A stretch of 64,000 bases of DNA, taken from the IMG/VR virus record IMGVR_UViG_3300017917_004503, positions 32,001 through 96,000 of that record. One strand, 5' to 3'. The translations under genes and the position numbers were made by a program. The notes beneath the pieces were generated by a model, which was not told where the DNA came from, did no database searches, and saw only the letters and a list, made by a program, of their open reading frames with translations. The stretch is from a virus. Shown in pieces: positions 47,288-56,590 of this stretch. The stretch's first letter is position 1, and each line of letters opens with the position of its first letter.

Positions 47288-48697
47288 ATGTGCGGAATAT
47301 TACTGACGACAAGGGCGCAAAAGAATAAAAATATACTCGATTCCATAAAGCACAGAGGAATTGAAAGAAGTGATCTTGAATTAGATCAGGTTACATTATG
47401 TCATCATAGACTTCCTATCCAAACCTTAGATGGAGATGAATGGGCACAGCCTCGAGAACTGAGTCCTGGAATTTATATGATGTTTAACGGTGAGATCTTC
47501 AATTACGATAAAAATAGATTTAGTTCAGATACCGAATATCTTTGTAGCTTGTTTTCTAACCTTAATGGAATTAACATTGAGTTTTTCGCTGCTATTTATC
47601 AATCACACATCCAGACATGGGATGGGTTTTGGGCTATAGTTTTCTATGATTCTAGAAACGGTGACATACTTGCCTTTACTGATCCTTTAGGTAAAAAATG
47701 TTTGTATAAAAATGATCTTGGTGAGATCTGTTCCGAAATTAAAGGATTGAGAGGTCCACTAGATGAAATTGATGAAATTTATATTAGCTCTGTTAGAAAA
47801 TGGGGATACAATAAAGATAACAGAACTCCCTTTAAAAACATCAAAAGGCTCCTACCTAATACCTTTCATTTTTATAATATAGCATCACCACACTTTATAA
47901 AAAATTATGGTCCATATTACAGGACTTGGGAATCCCCTATTAGAGAATTACAGGGTGCTTCATACGAAGACCATATGAATTGGTTATGGGATAAAATGTT
48001 CGAAAGTGTAGGGAATAGACTAGTTTCTAAAAATTATCCAATTTCTCTTCTTGTGTCTGGAGGCTTGGATTCTTCGATTATAGCTGCTATACTTAAACAA
48101 ATGGAAGCACAGGTCACCTGGTTTTCTATTGAGAATGGTGAAACCCCATTTGTTACCGATTTAGGAGCTCATTTAGACACCCAAATAAATTTTCTAGAGT
48201 ATGATATGGATTCTAGTAAAAATGCTCTTATATACACACTATGGAACGAAACACCGGTTGATCTTGGCTCCGTTGTACCTCAGTATCATTTATTCGAGGC
48301 AGTAAAAAAGAAATCTGGATATAGAATAGTCCTCAGTGGGGACGGATCTGATGAATTGTTTGGTGGATACTCGAGGATACATGAATATGATTCTCAGCAA
48401 TCTGATATATTCGAAGAACTTACATTTTACCATTTACCCAGACTTGACAAGATGTCTATGGCTCACACCTTGGAATTGAGAAACCCTTTCTTGAATCTAG
48501 AAATTGTTAGATTTTCCATGCACCTCCCTCTTGAATGGAGAACAGACAAAAAAATTCTTAAAGATACGTTTGGTCCTCTTTTGCCGGATTCTATAATTAA
48601 TAGAAAAAAAGAAGCCCTTAAAAATCCAGAGATAAAGGATGACAAGTTAAAATATAGACAAAAAGCTGTTGATCTTTTTCTTTCATCACTATCTTGA
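47288..48697 (+). CDS. asnB: Asparagine synthase (glutamine-hydrolysing)-like amidotransferase
   Basis: MCGI, HRG, HHRL, FNGEIFNY, SDTE, WDGFWA, SGGLDSS, LSGDGSDELFGGY, RLDKMSMAH.LE.R.PFL. Confidence 0.88.
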   Translation: MCGILLTTRAQKNKNILDSIKHRGIERSDLELDQVTLCHHRLPIQTLDGDEWAQPRELSPGIYMMFNGEIFNYDKNRFSSDTEYLCSLFSNLNGINIEFFAAIYQSHIQTWDGFWAIVFYDSRNGDILAFTDPLGKKCLYKNDLGEICSEIKGLRGPLDEIDEIYISSVRKWGYNKDNRTPFKNIKRLLPNTFHFYNIASPHFIKNYGPYYRTWESPIRELQGASYEDHMNWLWDKMFESVGNRLVSKNYPISLLVSGGLDSSIIAAILKQMEAQVTWFSIENGETPFVTDLGAHLDTQINFLEYDMDSSKNALIYTLWNETPVDLGSVVPQYHLFEAVKKKSGYRIVLSGDGSDELFGGYSRIHEYDSQQSDIFEELTFYHLPRLDKMSMAHTLELRNPFLNLEIVRFSMHLPLEWRTDKKILKDTFGPLLPDSIINRKKEALKNPEIKDDKLKYRQKAVDLFLSSLS

Positions 48698-48746
48698 TAA
48701 TAAGATGTAAACTAGGATTTGGATATATAAAAGAAAAATTTATTCG

Positions 48747-49415
48747 ATGACTAGAATTATAAAAGATCTGGGTTCATTTACAGAAAGTGAAAAAATTAAC
48801 GAAGATTTTAGTTGGGGTAATCTAATATCAGGTGCATTGGATTTAGGTGGTGAAGGACTGAGAAAAACCATTAAAGAGAAAATAGCTGCTTCGATAATGG
48901 AAAAGTTTGGAATTTTAGATAATTCGATCTTTTCTGGATTGATCCAAGAAGTCGTAGATGCTATACCCGTTAAAGATTATCCTGGTATCATCATGGGTGA
49001 AAAAGCAAACGTAGACTATCTTGCACCTTTTATGGTTCAGGCAATAGGAGAATTTGTCGAAAGAAAAGGCTTAGACACTTTTGCAGAATCACTTGGATTA
49101 GATCCTAGAGGATGGCTTTATAGCACGATAGCTAACAGTCTTCAAACTGAAAGAGGGAAAGAAACTCTAAAAAATCTTTTTGTCGAAGCTTTCGGTGGTA
49201 AAGGAGCCCAAGGATCTGTAGCTAGAGATGCTATATCAGGTTTACCACAAAGAGATAAAGTTAAAATTTCTGATAGTGTCAAGAAAAAACTTTCCACATT
49301 ATACGGCAAACCCGTTGACATGGAGCCTAAAAAAGATGATAAAGGTGTAGGTGACTATATTTCAGACTTTTGGCATTCTTTATTAGGTGACAAAGAACCT
49401 AAAAAAACATTTTAA
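48747..49415 (+). CDS. Putative internal virion protein
   Basis: GATATATA at 48722; leader IIKDLGSF..EKINE. Confidence 0.5.
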   Translation: MTRIIKDLGSFTESEKINEDFSWGNLISGALDLGGEGLRKTIKEKIAASIMEKFGILDNSIFSGLIQEVVDAIPVKDYPGIIMGEKANVDYLAPFMVQAIGEFVERKGLDTFAESLGLDPRGWLYSTIANSLQTERGKETLKNLFVEAFGGKGAQGSVARDAISGLPQRDKVKISDSVKKKLSTLYGKPVDMEPKKDDKGVGDYISDFWHSLLGDKEPKKTF

Positions 49416-49418
49416 ATT

Positions 49419-49763
49419 ATGAACATAAATAACGTTGCTCAAAGAGAAATCTTAGATTTCAATAATTTCAGAAAGAAGGTACATGACGATACCTATAAGC
49501 CATTATCACCTTCGAACCAATCAGAGGGAGGATTGGAAAAATCTGGATTGCATGATATAAAAAGAGAACCTGCTTATGATTATGCAGGGTATGCTGATTC
49601 TGTTTTTGCTGGTAAATCTAAGATTGATGTACCAGGAGTTAGAATTAAAATGGGAGAAGAATCTGGTTTGTCTGATTCAACCGGATTTGGAACGTCTTTT
49701 AACATGAATACTAGTGAATCTGATCAGAGTTCTTCTGTTCTAAAAAGACTATCAGATTTTTAA
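49419..49763 (+). CDS. Small putative internal virion protein
   Basis: ILDFNNF near the N-terminus and LKRLSDF at the C-terminus. Confidence 0.5.
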   Translation: MNINNVAQREILDFNNFRKKVHDDTYKPLSPSNQSEGGLEKSGLHDIKREPAYDYAGYADSVFAGKSKIDVPGVRIKMGEESGLSDSTGFGTSFNMNTSESDQSSSVLKRLSDF

Positions 49764-49782
49764 ACGTTTCATGAAATATTAA

Positions 49783-49814
49783 AAAAAAAGCCAATTCTAG
49801 AATTGGCTTTTTTT
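49783..49814. terminator. Bidirectional terminator between convergent genes
   Basis: Perfect palindrome AAAAAAAGCCAATTCTAGAATTGGCTTTTTTT. Confidence 0.85.
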
Positions 49815-50544
49815 ATGGACAGATTTGTTCTATGAATTTCTCTTTTGCTAATTTATAAATTTCAGATTCTTCATCGAAATTTTCATAAATTTCAACCACG
49901 TAAAAACTAGGAGAGTAATTTACCTCTTTAGGCTGTATTTCTTCAATTATCTCGTGATAGATGTATTCGTAATTTAGAGAGAAAAAAGTGTTTTTGAGGT
50001 AGATCTTTTTCATTATTGAAACTAATTTTTCTCCCTCTGGTGTCTCTATTTTCACATTAATTTTAAAGAAAAAATTGGACAACTTATCAGTTATCATATT
50101 TCTGATTATAACAATCCCTGAATTTTCTTTAGAATTTGGGTCGTTGAATTTAGATTGGATCTTGAATATCTTGATTTTAGATTCTTCCTCTTTTATTATT
50201 TCTAAGCAAATCTCCGAATATTCATACAGAGTTTGTAAAGAATCTTCTACTATCTCCATCAGCCTCATTTTTTCTTCTTCTGAAAGCTTTGAATATTCAA
50301 AACTTTCTAAAAATGATTTTTCCGATTTAGTCAATGATTTAATTAAAGATTGATCTATTATCCTTTGACTCTTAAATGAATTTAAGAATCTAACAATTTT
50401 TGATATCTCTTTCATGACCGAATAGCAATTTTTGCTATCTAAATTTTTACTGAGATTTTTCAAATAGTCCAATAAAACGTATTCCTTGTATTCCTGATCT
50501 AATGGTTCTCTTAGAAACCAGATTGCACTTAACTTCTTTTTCAT
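49813..50544 (-). CDS. Hypothetical protein (only credible minus-strand gene)
   Basis: 243-aa ORF filling the gap; WFLREPLDQEYKEYVLLDYL; converges on the palindrome. Confidence 0.7.
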   Translation of the reverse strand: MKKKLSAIWFLREPLDQEYKEYVLLDYLKNLSKNLDSKNCYSVMKEISKIVRFLNSFKSQRIIDQSLIKSLTKSEKSFLESFEYSKLSEEEKMRLMEIVEDSLQTLYEYSEICLEIIKEEESKIKIFKIQSKFNDPNSKENSGIVIIRNMITDKLSNFFFKINVKIETPEGEKLVSIMKKIYLKNTFFSLNYEYIYHEIIEEIQPKEVNYSPSFYVVEIYENFDEESEIYKLAKEKFIEQICP

Positions 50545-50610
50545 AATAAGGTATTATCCCGTTCGATTGTATATATTTTTAGTGATATATAAATCAAAAA
50601 ATTCTCTATA

Positions 50611-51051
50611 ATGAGCCGAATTTACGATTATAATCAATTTTCATCTAAAAAAAACAGAATAGGGGGAGATTTTACCTTCGGACAAGAGATGAGATATGTT
50701 GATATCGATCTTTTCGATAGACCCGAAGAATGGGCTGATCTTGATGACTGTAAAGCTTTTATCGAGTATTCTATTGATATTAATGTAAAAAAATCTGGTA
50801 TAGAAGGACTTACTTTCAGAATTAATTCGGTGGAACTAGAGTTTACCGTAGATGACTATCCAAATTCTTCAAAAGAATTTGATTTTGATCTAATTCCTGG
50901 TAAAACTATAGATTACAGCCAGCTTAATGAAAATCCATTGGATTATGTCATACCTTCATATCCTTCCAATTTAGAAATTAATATGAACAAAAGTCAAGAA
51001 CCTTCTAAATGGAAAATAAAAGTAAATTTTGGTACTGATGTCAACTCATAA
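50611..51051 (+). CDS. Putative internal virion protein
   Basis: GATATATA at 50584; leader MSRIYDYNQF. Confidence 0.5.
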   Translation: MSRIYDYNQFSSKKNRIGGDFTFGQEMRYVDIDLFDRPEEWADLDDCKAFIEYSIDINVKKSGIEGLTFRINSVELEFTVDDYPNSSKEFDFDLIPGKTIDYSQLNENPLDYVIPSYPSNLEINMNKSQEPSKWKIKVNFGTDVNS

Positions 51052-51937
51052 ATCTAGATTGTTAAGTTTTTCTGATTTTTCCAGAGGTGTTTTCGAGTCA
51101 AGTTCTTATGAAATCCCTGGAATAGTAGATCTTCATGATGGTGGGTATGAAATTCACATAGCCCCTTTAGATTCAAGCCACGAAGAAAGATTTGACAAAA
51201 TTTTCATAAGCAAACAAAACGATAAGTCAATAGGATTAAGTTTCTTGGATAAAAATGGTAGGGAAGCTGAAATTTTTTGGATTCCTAAAGAAGCTACAGA
51301 ATCTACGGAAAATTCAATTAGAATTAAATCTATAAATCGATGGGCATCCAACCCCGATAATAAATCTAAGCTCGAAGATTTTTTCGAAGACTTTGCAGAT
51401 TCCGTCGAGAATTACAAGTTGACCGGATCATCCAGAAACGAGCAAAATGCAAAAGATGATGTTGAAATGATCATTGATTTGTTCGAGATTCCATCTAGAA
51501 TAAGCTCTTTTAAAAAATCTGGTGAGAATCAATGGGACGCTGAACTGGAAAACGGTAAAATCGTTGAGATAACAAAAAGAAATTCCGATGATCTTGTTTC
51601 CACTTTTAAGGTCTATCCTGATATAAATAGTTCCACACCATCCTTAATAATACAAAATACATCTACTCCTAAAACAACTTTTAATTCGGAGGAAATAGGA
51701 AAGATTGAGATCGATGACGTTTTCTTGGGCCTCAAAAAATGTAATCCTTATATCAAATTCCTGTTTAAAAAGTCTCTCGGTATAGTAACACACAGTGACG
51801 ATGCTGAACTTTACGCTTATTTTAGAGATAATTCTAAAAAAAGTGATATGGATCTACGCGACCTTAGAAATATTGCAACACTGCTTAAAGATACAGTAGA
51901 TCAATCCGAGATAAGACACATTTTAGATAAACGCTAA
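51038..51937 (+). CDS. Putative internal virion protein
   Basis: Leader RLLSFSDF...VFE; ATG 51038. Confidence 0.5.
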   Translation: MSTHKSRLLSFSDFSRGVFESSSYEIPGIVDLHDGGYEIHIAPLDSSHEERFDKIFISKQNDKSIGLSFLDKNGREAEIFWIPKEATESTENSIRIKSINRWASNPDNKSKLEDFFEDFADSVENYKLTGSSRNEQNAKDDVEMIIDLFEIPSRISSFKKSGENQWDAELENGKIVEITKRNSDDLVSTFKVYPDINSSTPSLIIQNTSTPKTTFNSEEIGKIEIDDVFLGLKKCNPYIKFLFKKSLGIVTHSDDAELYAYFRDNSKKSDMDLRDLRNIATLLKDTVDQSEIRHILDKR

Positions 51938-51980
51938 TAATCAAGCGAAACATCTTCAACTATTGGTAGTACAATTTTTT

Positions 51981-52250
51981 ATGGAATTACCTGAAGATTT
52001 TGTTCCCGATTATAATCAGATACTCAAACTTAGTAAGTCTAAAGGATTTAGTGTTCTTGAGTTTTCTAGACATCCTGATATGGACTTGGATAATATCATA
52101 GAATTTTGGAGGTATGATAAAAGAAAATCGTCTAAAGGTGAATCCTCTTGGTTAACCGAGAGTGATTTTAAATCACATCTTCCAAAATATTTAGAATCTT
52201 TTCCCTTGGTGGAAATAGAAACAAAAAACCAAAAAACAAATAAAAAGTAA
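51981..52250 (+). CDS. Hypothetical protein
   Basis: ATG 51981 downstream of GAAAC-N18-TACAAT (51947-51975). Confidence 0.5.
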   Translation: MELPEDFVPDYNQILKLSKSKGFSVLEFSRHPDMDLDNIIEFWRYDKRKSSKGESSWLTESDFKSHLPKYLESFPLVEIETKNQKTNKK

Positions 52251-52254
52251 AACT

Positions 52255-52911
52255 GTGGGAAATTGGTCTAATTTTTCTTGGTTAAAGTGGCCGACTAAAA
52301 AAAAACAAAAGATGGAAATTACAGAAAAAAGTATACATGAAGCTCGTGTATTTTACTCAGCTTTTGATTTCGAATGGATAAAGGGTGAAAATTCCTCTAT
52401 GATCGAAAAATATAGAGACATTGTACAAAATGGAGATATGATGTTTATAGAATTCCAAAGTGGAAAAAGAATAAACATGGATCTTCTTAATGAATACATG
52501 ATAACATATCCAGCTCAACCCGTTCAAGTTATACAGCAGCCCACACCAATTCAAGTACAACCCACACCTACACCTAATAGTAATTTCTCCGTTACTTCAA
52601 TCCAATACGAGGATAATAAGAACGTGAACGTAGATTCTCCGATATATAAGCTGCTTCGAAAGCAGAAAAAAAACATGGTAGAAATATCCATTAAGCTAAA
52701 GATAAATCTTCCTCCTAAAGACCTATATACAGTTCTGTCTGGATCTTTTGATGATGCTGAGAAGGAGATAATTGATTTTGTTCTGGATGGTGTGGATATC
52801 GAGGGTATAAAATTATCATTGGCTGATTCAATCAGAAAAAATTATTATTCAGAAACTGCTAAAGTTAACGAAGGACAAAAAAAGAATTCAAAAAGAGAAA
52901 CAAATGAATAA
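52255..52911 (+). CDS. Hypothetical protein (start GTG 52255 or ATG 52312)
   Basis: ORF; GAAAC-N18-TAAAAA at 52218-52246. Confidence 0.6.
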   Translation: MGNWSNFSWLKWPTKKKQKMEITEKSIHEARVFYSAFDFEWIKGENSSMIEKYRDIVQNGDMMFIEFQSGKRINMDLLNEYMITYPAQPVQVIQQPTPIQVQPTPTPNSNFSVTSIQYEDNKNVNVDSPIYKLLRKQKKNMVEISIKLKINLPPKDLYTVLSGSFDDAEKEIIDFVLDGVDIEGIKLSLADSIRKNYYSETAKVNEGQKKNSKRETNE

Positions 52912-53494
52912 TCAATCACCAGAAAAACTAATACATTCGACCCAAAGATTTGATGTTGTTGAAAGAGAAGGGTGCGTTGGAATAAAATCAACAGTTGAAC
53001 CTGTTGTTATTTTGCCCTACATATCGGACGACCAAGGATTACCCCTTATGCTCGGTGTTCTTAAGGAAAGAAATCCCTTTAGAGACGGAGGATACTCTAT
53101 AGCTCCTATATCTGGAACTACCGAAGAAGAGGATCCTGATTACCTATCAACTGCTAAAAGAGAGCTTAAAGAAGAATCAGGCTATGACGTTGAAGATAAT
53201 TCTAAATGGTTTTTCTTGGGTACTGTGACTGCAACTAAAATGGTTGACTGTGAACATCCTTGTTTTGCTGTTGATGTGACTGGTATACAAAAAGGAGAAG
53301 CTACTACAGATGGATCCGAACATGAAAAATTATCTAAATTTGTTTTCATTCCAGCAAACGATGTTGTTAAATCTAAAGATGTTTTTATTCCAGCTTTATT
53401 TTTAAAACTTTTCAAATTTGTAGTTGGTATGGATTTATATAACAGAGAGGATTCGGTTTTTGGTAAATCTCAAGGATTCACAACAGAAATTTAA
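52904..53494 (+). CDS. Nudix hydrolase
   Basis: Nudix box SGTTEEEDPDYLSTAKRELKEESGY. Confidence 0.85.
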   Translation: MNNQSPEKLIHSTQRFDVVEREGCVGIKSTVEPVVILPYISDDQGLPLMLGVLKERNPFRDGGYSIAPISGTTEEEDPDYLSTAKRELKEESGYDVEDNSKWFFLGTVTATKMVDCEHPCFAVDVTGIQKGEATTDGSEHEKLSKFVFIPANDVVKSKDVFIPALFLKLFKFVVGMDLYNREDSVFGKSQGFTTEI

Positions 53495-53499
53495 TAGCA

Positions 53500-53775
53500 A
53501 TGCAAAATAGAAAAGAAAGAAGAAAGCTTTTAAAAAACTACGGCTTACTCAAATTAGAGAAAAAAAGAAGCGTATCTGATAAAATCAACGAGGGTAAGGA
53601 AAAACATCGATTGAATTTGCAAGAAATGAAAAATTCTGAGATTAAAAGAAAAATAGAAAAGGGTCAGGAAAACGAAGAGTCTGATTTTTTTATGTACCGT
53701 AACCTTGAAAGCAGCTATGACAATCTACAATCATTCTTCTTAAATAAAGATTGGAATAAACTAGAAAATGAGTAA
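53500..53775 (+). CDS. Hypothetical basic protein
   Basis: ORF starting NRKERR. Confidence 0.55.
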   Translation: MQNRKERRKLLKNYGLLKLEKKRSVSDKINEGKEKHRLNLQEMKNSEIKRKIEKGQENEESDFFMYRNLESSYDNLQSFFLNKDWNKLENE

Positions 53776-53783
53776 ATCTCATC

Positions 53784-54113
53784 ATGACCCAGAAATTTAT
53801 TGTGAATTTTTACATATCTAAGCACTCGCCGAAAGAAGTCAAAAAAAGGGCCAATATTGATTGTGATTATTATATTATCGATATCACAAAAATAATACGT
53901 GATATGGGATATGAATTGGAAAATCTCAGCCCCGAATCAGAATTCGTTATTAACCACTCAATTCGGAGTAAAATCACACAAGGAATATATAGTACGAAGT
54001 GTGATAGTATACTCGTCTGTTACCGGAATATGTCCCCTGATTTTATTAAAAATCTTGAGGATTTCCTAGATGAATTTCCAGAAACCATTGAATATACTAT
54101 CCACAGACTTTAA
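53784..54113 (+). CDS. Hypothetical protein
   Basis: ORF in operon context. Confidence 0.55.
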   Translation: MTQKFIVNFYISKHSPKEVKKRANIDCDYYIIDITKIIRDMGYELENLSPESEFVINHSIRSKITQGIYSTKCDSILVCYRNMSPDFIKNLEDFLDEFPETIEYTIHRL

Positions 54114-54128
54114 AAAGTGGAAGTATAA

Positions 54129-55976
54129 ATGTTTGATAAAGCAGCATTAGGTTTACAAGAAGAAGCCAGGTTACAAGGTAATGTAAATGGAATTATTTCA
54201 TCCTATAGCAACATAGGATCTAGTAATCCTGCTAAAGGACCAACCGCAAGAAGTCTTTTTTATGAAGCTGGAAAAAGAGTACCAGGTAAATATGGAAACT
54301 TTCTTTTTTACGCACTAGGTAATAGCGAAAATAGTTTTATTGATGCCTATTATCGATCTGAATCTTCAGAATATAACATTAAAACATCTTCTGTAAAATC
54401 TAAAAATCCGACTGCTGCTTTTCTTGTTTCTGAAACAACTAAATTACAAGCCAGAGCTTCATCAACTGGTGTATTAAATGGTCTTTTTGCTAGATTTGAA
54501 GGTGATGTAATCGGAGGTCTTTCCGCACCATATTACTGGAAGGATTTTCTTTATTGTAAGTATTATGGAACTATCCCTAATAATTACATGATTACTCTAA
54601 GAAGATTTCCGAGTCCTGTTTTAGATAATCTAAGTAGTCCAAAGAAGCTGGATAAAAATTCAGATGGATTTTACACCGAAGGGGTAATGAGACCTGTAGC
54701 ACAAGCAGTTACATGGTTCGGAGGAAATACCGGTAATGCTTTGAATGACATCATTTCATTTTCGACAGGTATCCAATGGAACAGTAAACCTCAGGATTTA
54801 ATTAAAGAACAAGAAGCTTTCAGTAAAGGGTTTTTACAAGATGGAATTGTCAATCAAATTCGTCAAGGTTTAGGTGCATTAAGTGATACTGCGACTAACA
54901 TTTTTGATGCTGGAGAAATACTCACTACAAATACAGTCGCTGCAACAGATCCAAATGAAACACTTACAAGAGGAATTAGAACGGCAAAACTTAGAGATAG
55001 AGCGAAAGATCAAGGTGGATTGATGAGTGAGTATATTTGGACATCTGTTGATGTTGTTCAAAACACTTATGTTAGAGGCGTTGGCTTAACTTTCGATTGG
55101 AAGTCCATAACTGTTGTTTTTGATTATGAATTAACTTCTGTCGGTGAGGTTAACACTAAAGCTGCTATGTTAGATATTCTAGGTAATATTCTATCGATCG
55201 GAACCAATTATGGAGTTTTCTTGACTCCTGATTTTAGATATAATGCAGCATTCTCAGCAGTTAGATTCCCTGGTGGGGACGCTGGACTAGAATTATATTA
55301 TAGTGATCCTTTAGCATGGCTGACCAGATATGGCGATAAAATTAATAAAATTATAGAAGAAGCTGCTGTCGGATCAAACGACGAAGGCAACGGAACACAG
55401 GGGCAAGCAGAGGTTCAGCAAGTTAAAAAAGCTGTGGATCAGATTTCTAAAGATGGAAGTAAACCTAATGCTGAAACCGGTGATCTAATTAAAAAACTTT
55501 TGGGCAGTGACGAGTTTAGAAGGCTTCTAAAATTCCAACAATCTTCTAGTTTTCTTGAAAATTATCAAATGCCATTGAGCTTTCTGACTGGTGCCCCTAT
55601 AGGTGAATGGCATTTAACAATAGGAAATCCTTGCAACCCAATTGCCATGATAGGTAATTTGGTGTGTACTGACGTTAAAATAGACTTTACAGAGGTTTTA
55701 GGACCTGATGATTTCCCAACCGGAATAAAGGCTACCTTTACATTAGAACACGGAAGAGATCGAGAAAGAGGCGAGATAGAAAGCATCTTTAACCGAGGCG
55801 ACGGTCGTCTATATCACTCTGCACAGGAAACCTCTGCAAATCAGCAAAGTTTCACTGCATTTGCAGATACTGCAGGCAATGTTTTAACATACGATTCTCC
55901 TGGATCTTTAATGGATGGTTTCTGGAACTCTCAATTAAATACTATCCCAGATCAATTGGGACCAAATAACCCTTAA
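54129..55976 (+). CDS. Baseplate tail-tube initiator/cap (gp48-like)
   Basis: C-terminal NLVCTDVKIDF...DDFPTGIKATFTLE tube-fold motif; start of baseplate block. Confidence 0.5.
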   Translation: MFDKAALGLQEEARLQGNVNGIISSYSNIGSSNPAKGPTARSLFYEAGKRVPGKYGNFLFYALGNSENSFIDAYYRSESSEYNIKTSSVKSKNPTAAFLVSETTKLQARASSTGVLNGLFARFEGDVIGGLSAPYYWKDFLYCKYYGTIPNNYMITLRRFPSPVLDNLSSPKKLDKNSDGFYTEGVMRPVAQAVTWFGGNTGNALNDIISFSTGIQWNSKPQDLIKEQEAFSKGFLQDGIVNQIRQGLGALSDTATNIFDAGEILTTNTVAATDPNETLTRGIRTAKLRDRAKDQGGLMSEYIWTSVDVVQNTYVRGVGLTFDWKSITVVFDYELTSVGEVNTKAAMLDILGNILSIGTNYGVFLTPDFRYNAAFSAVRFPGGDAGLELYYSDPLAWLTRYGDKINKIIEEAAVGSNDEGNGTQGQAEVQQVKKAVDQISKDGSKPNAETGDLIKKLLGSDEFRRLLKFQQSSSFLENYQMPLSFLTGAPIGEWHLTIGNPCNPIAMIGNLVCTDVKIDFTEVLGPDDFPTGIKATFTLEHGRDRERGEIESIFNRGDGRLYHSAQETSANQQSFTAFADTAGNVLTYDSPGSLMDGFWNSQLNTIPDQLGPNNP

Positions 55977-55979
55977 TTT

Positions 55980-56570
55980 ATGGCATTAATGATTGATACT
56001 ATATCTACTAATAAAAAAGTTTTTAACCCGAATCCGGAATTGAATAGTACAGGAAATTATGGGGTTTGGGATTTGACACAAGGTTCTATAACTTATTCTG
56101 GGGTTGGTGTTCAAATACAATCTTTGTTCACTGTTACTGAATATCTACAAATGAGACCCGACTTAATTTCACAAATTAAATTATCAGATCAGGGTAAGAT
56201 GGGATCGCTTTTAAAGTTTAATTCAATCAGTAATCCCTTTTCTCTTAACGAAGGACAAATTTTGGCAATACCCTCAACTAGAACTATTGATGAAAGTTTC
56301 AGAGTTAAAAAAATAGAACAGCAATCAGGTACTTCTAACACTAATACAAATCCAGCAAACACTTTTAAGAAAAATCAAGAGCAGAAGAAGTTTAAGGTAA
56401 GTGAAGGCAGAAAGAAATTCTTGGATGAGAAAGTAAAAAATCCTCCCGGATTAAATTTACCTCCTAATATGTTACAACCAGGAGAATCTACAATTCAAAG
56501 GGAGAATGGATTTATAATCTTCGCACCAAATGCTGGAGGTGGTGGGAGTAACACGCCTCAAACCAATTAA
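55980..56570 (+). CDS. Baseplate wedge protein (gp53-like, LysM-like)
   Basis: MRPDLIS...LLKFNSISNPFSLNEGQILAIP. Confidence 0.7.
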   Translation: MALMIDTISTNKKVFNPNPELNSTGNYGVWDLTQGSITYSGVGVQIQSLFTVTEYLQMRPDLISQIKLSDQGKMGSLLKFNSISNPFSLNEGQILAIPSTRTIDESFRVKKIEQQSGTSNTNTNPANTFKKNQEQKKFKVSEGRKKFLDEKVKNPPGLNLPPNMLQPGESTIQRENGFIIFAPNAGGGGSNTPQTN

Positions 56571-56590
56571 TAACATCTAATTCTGAATAA

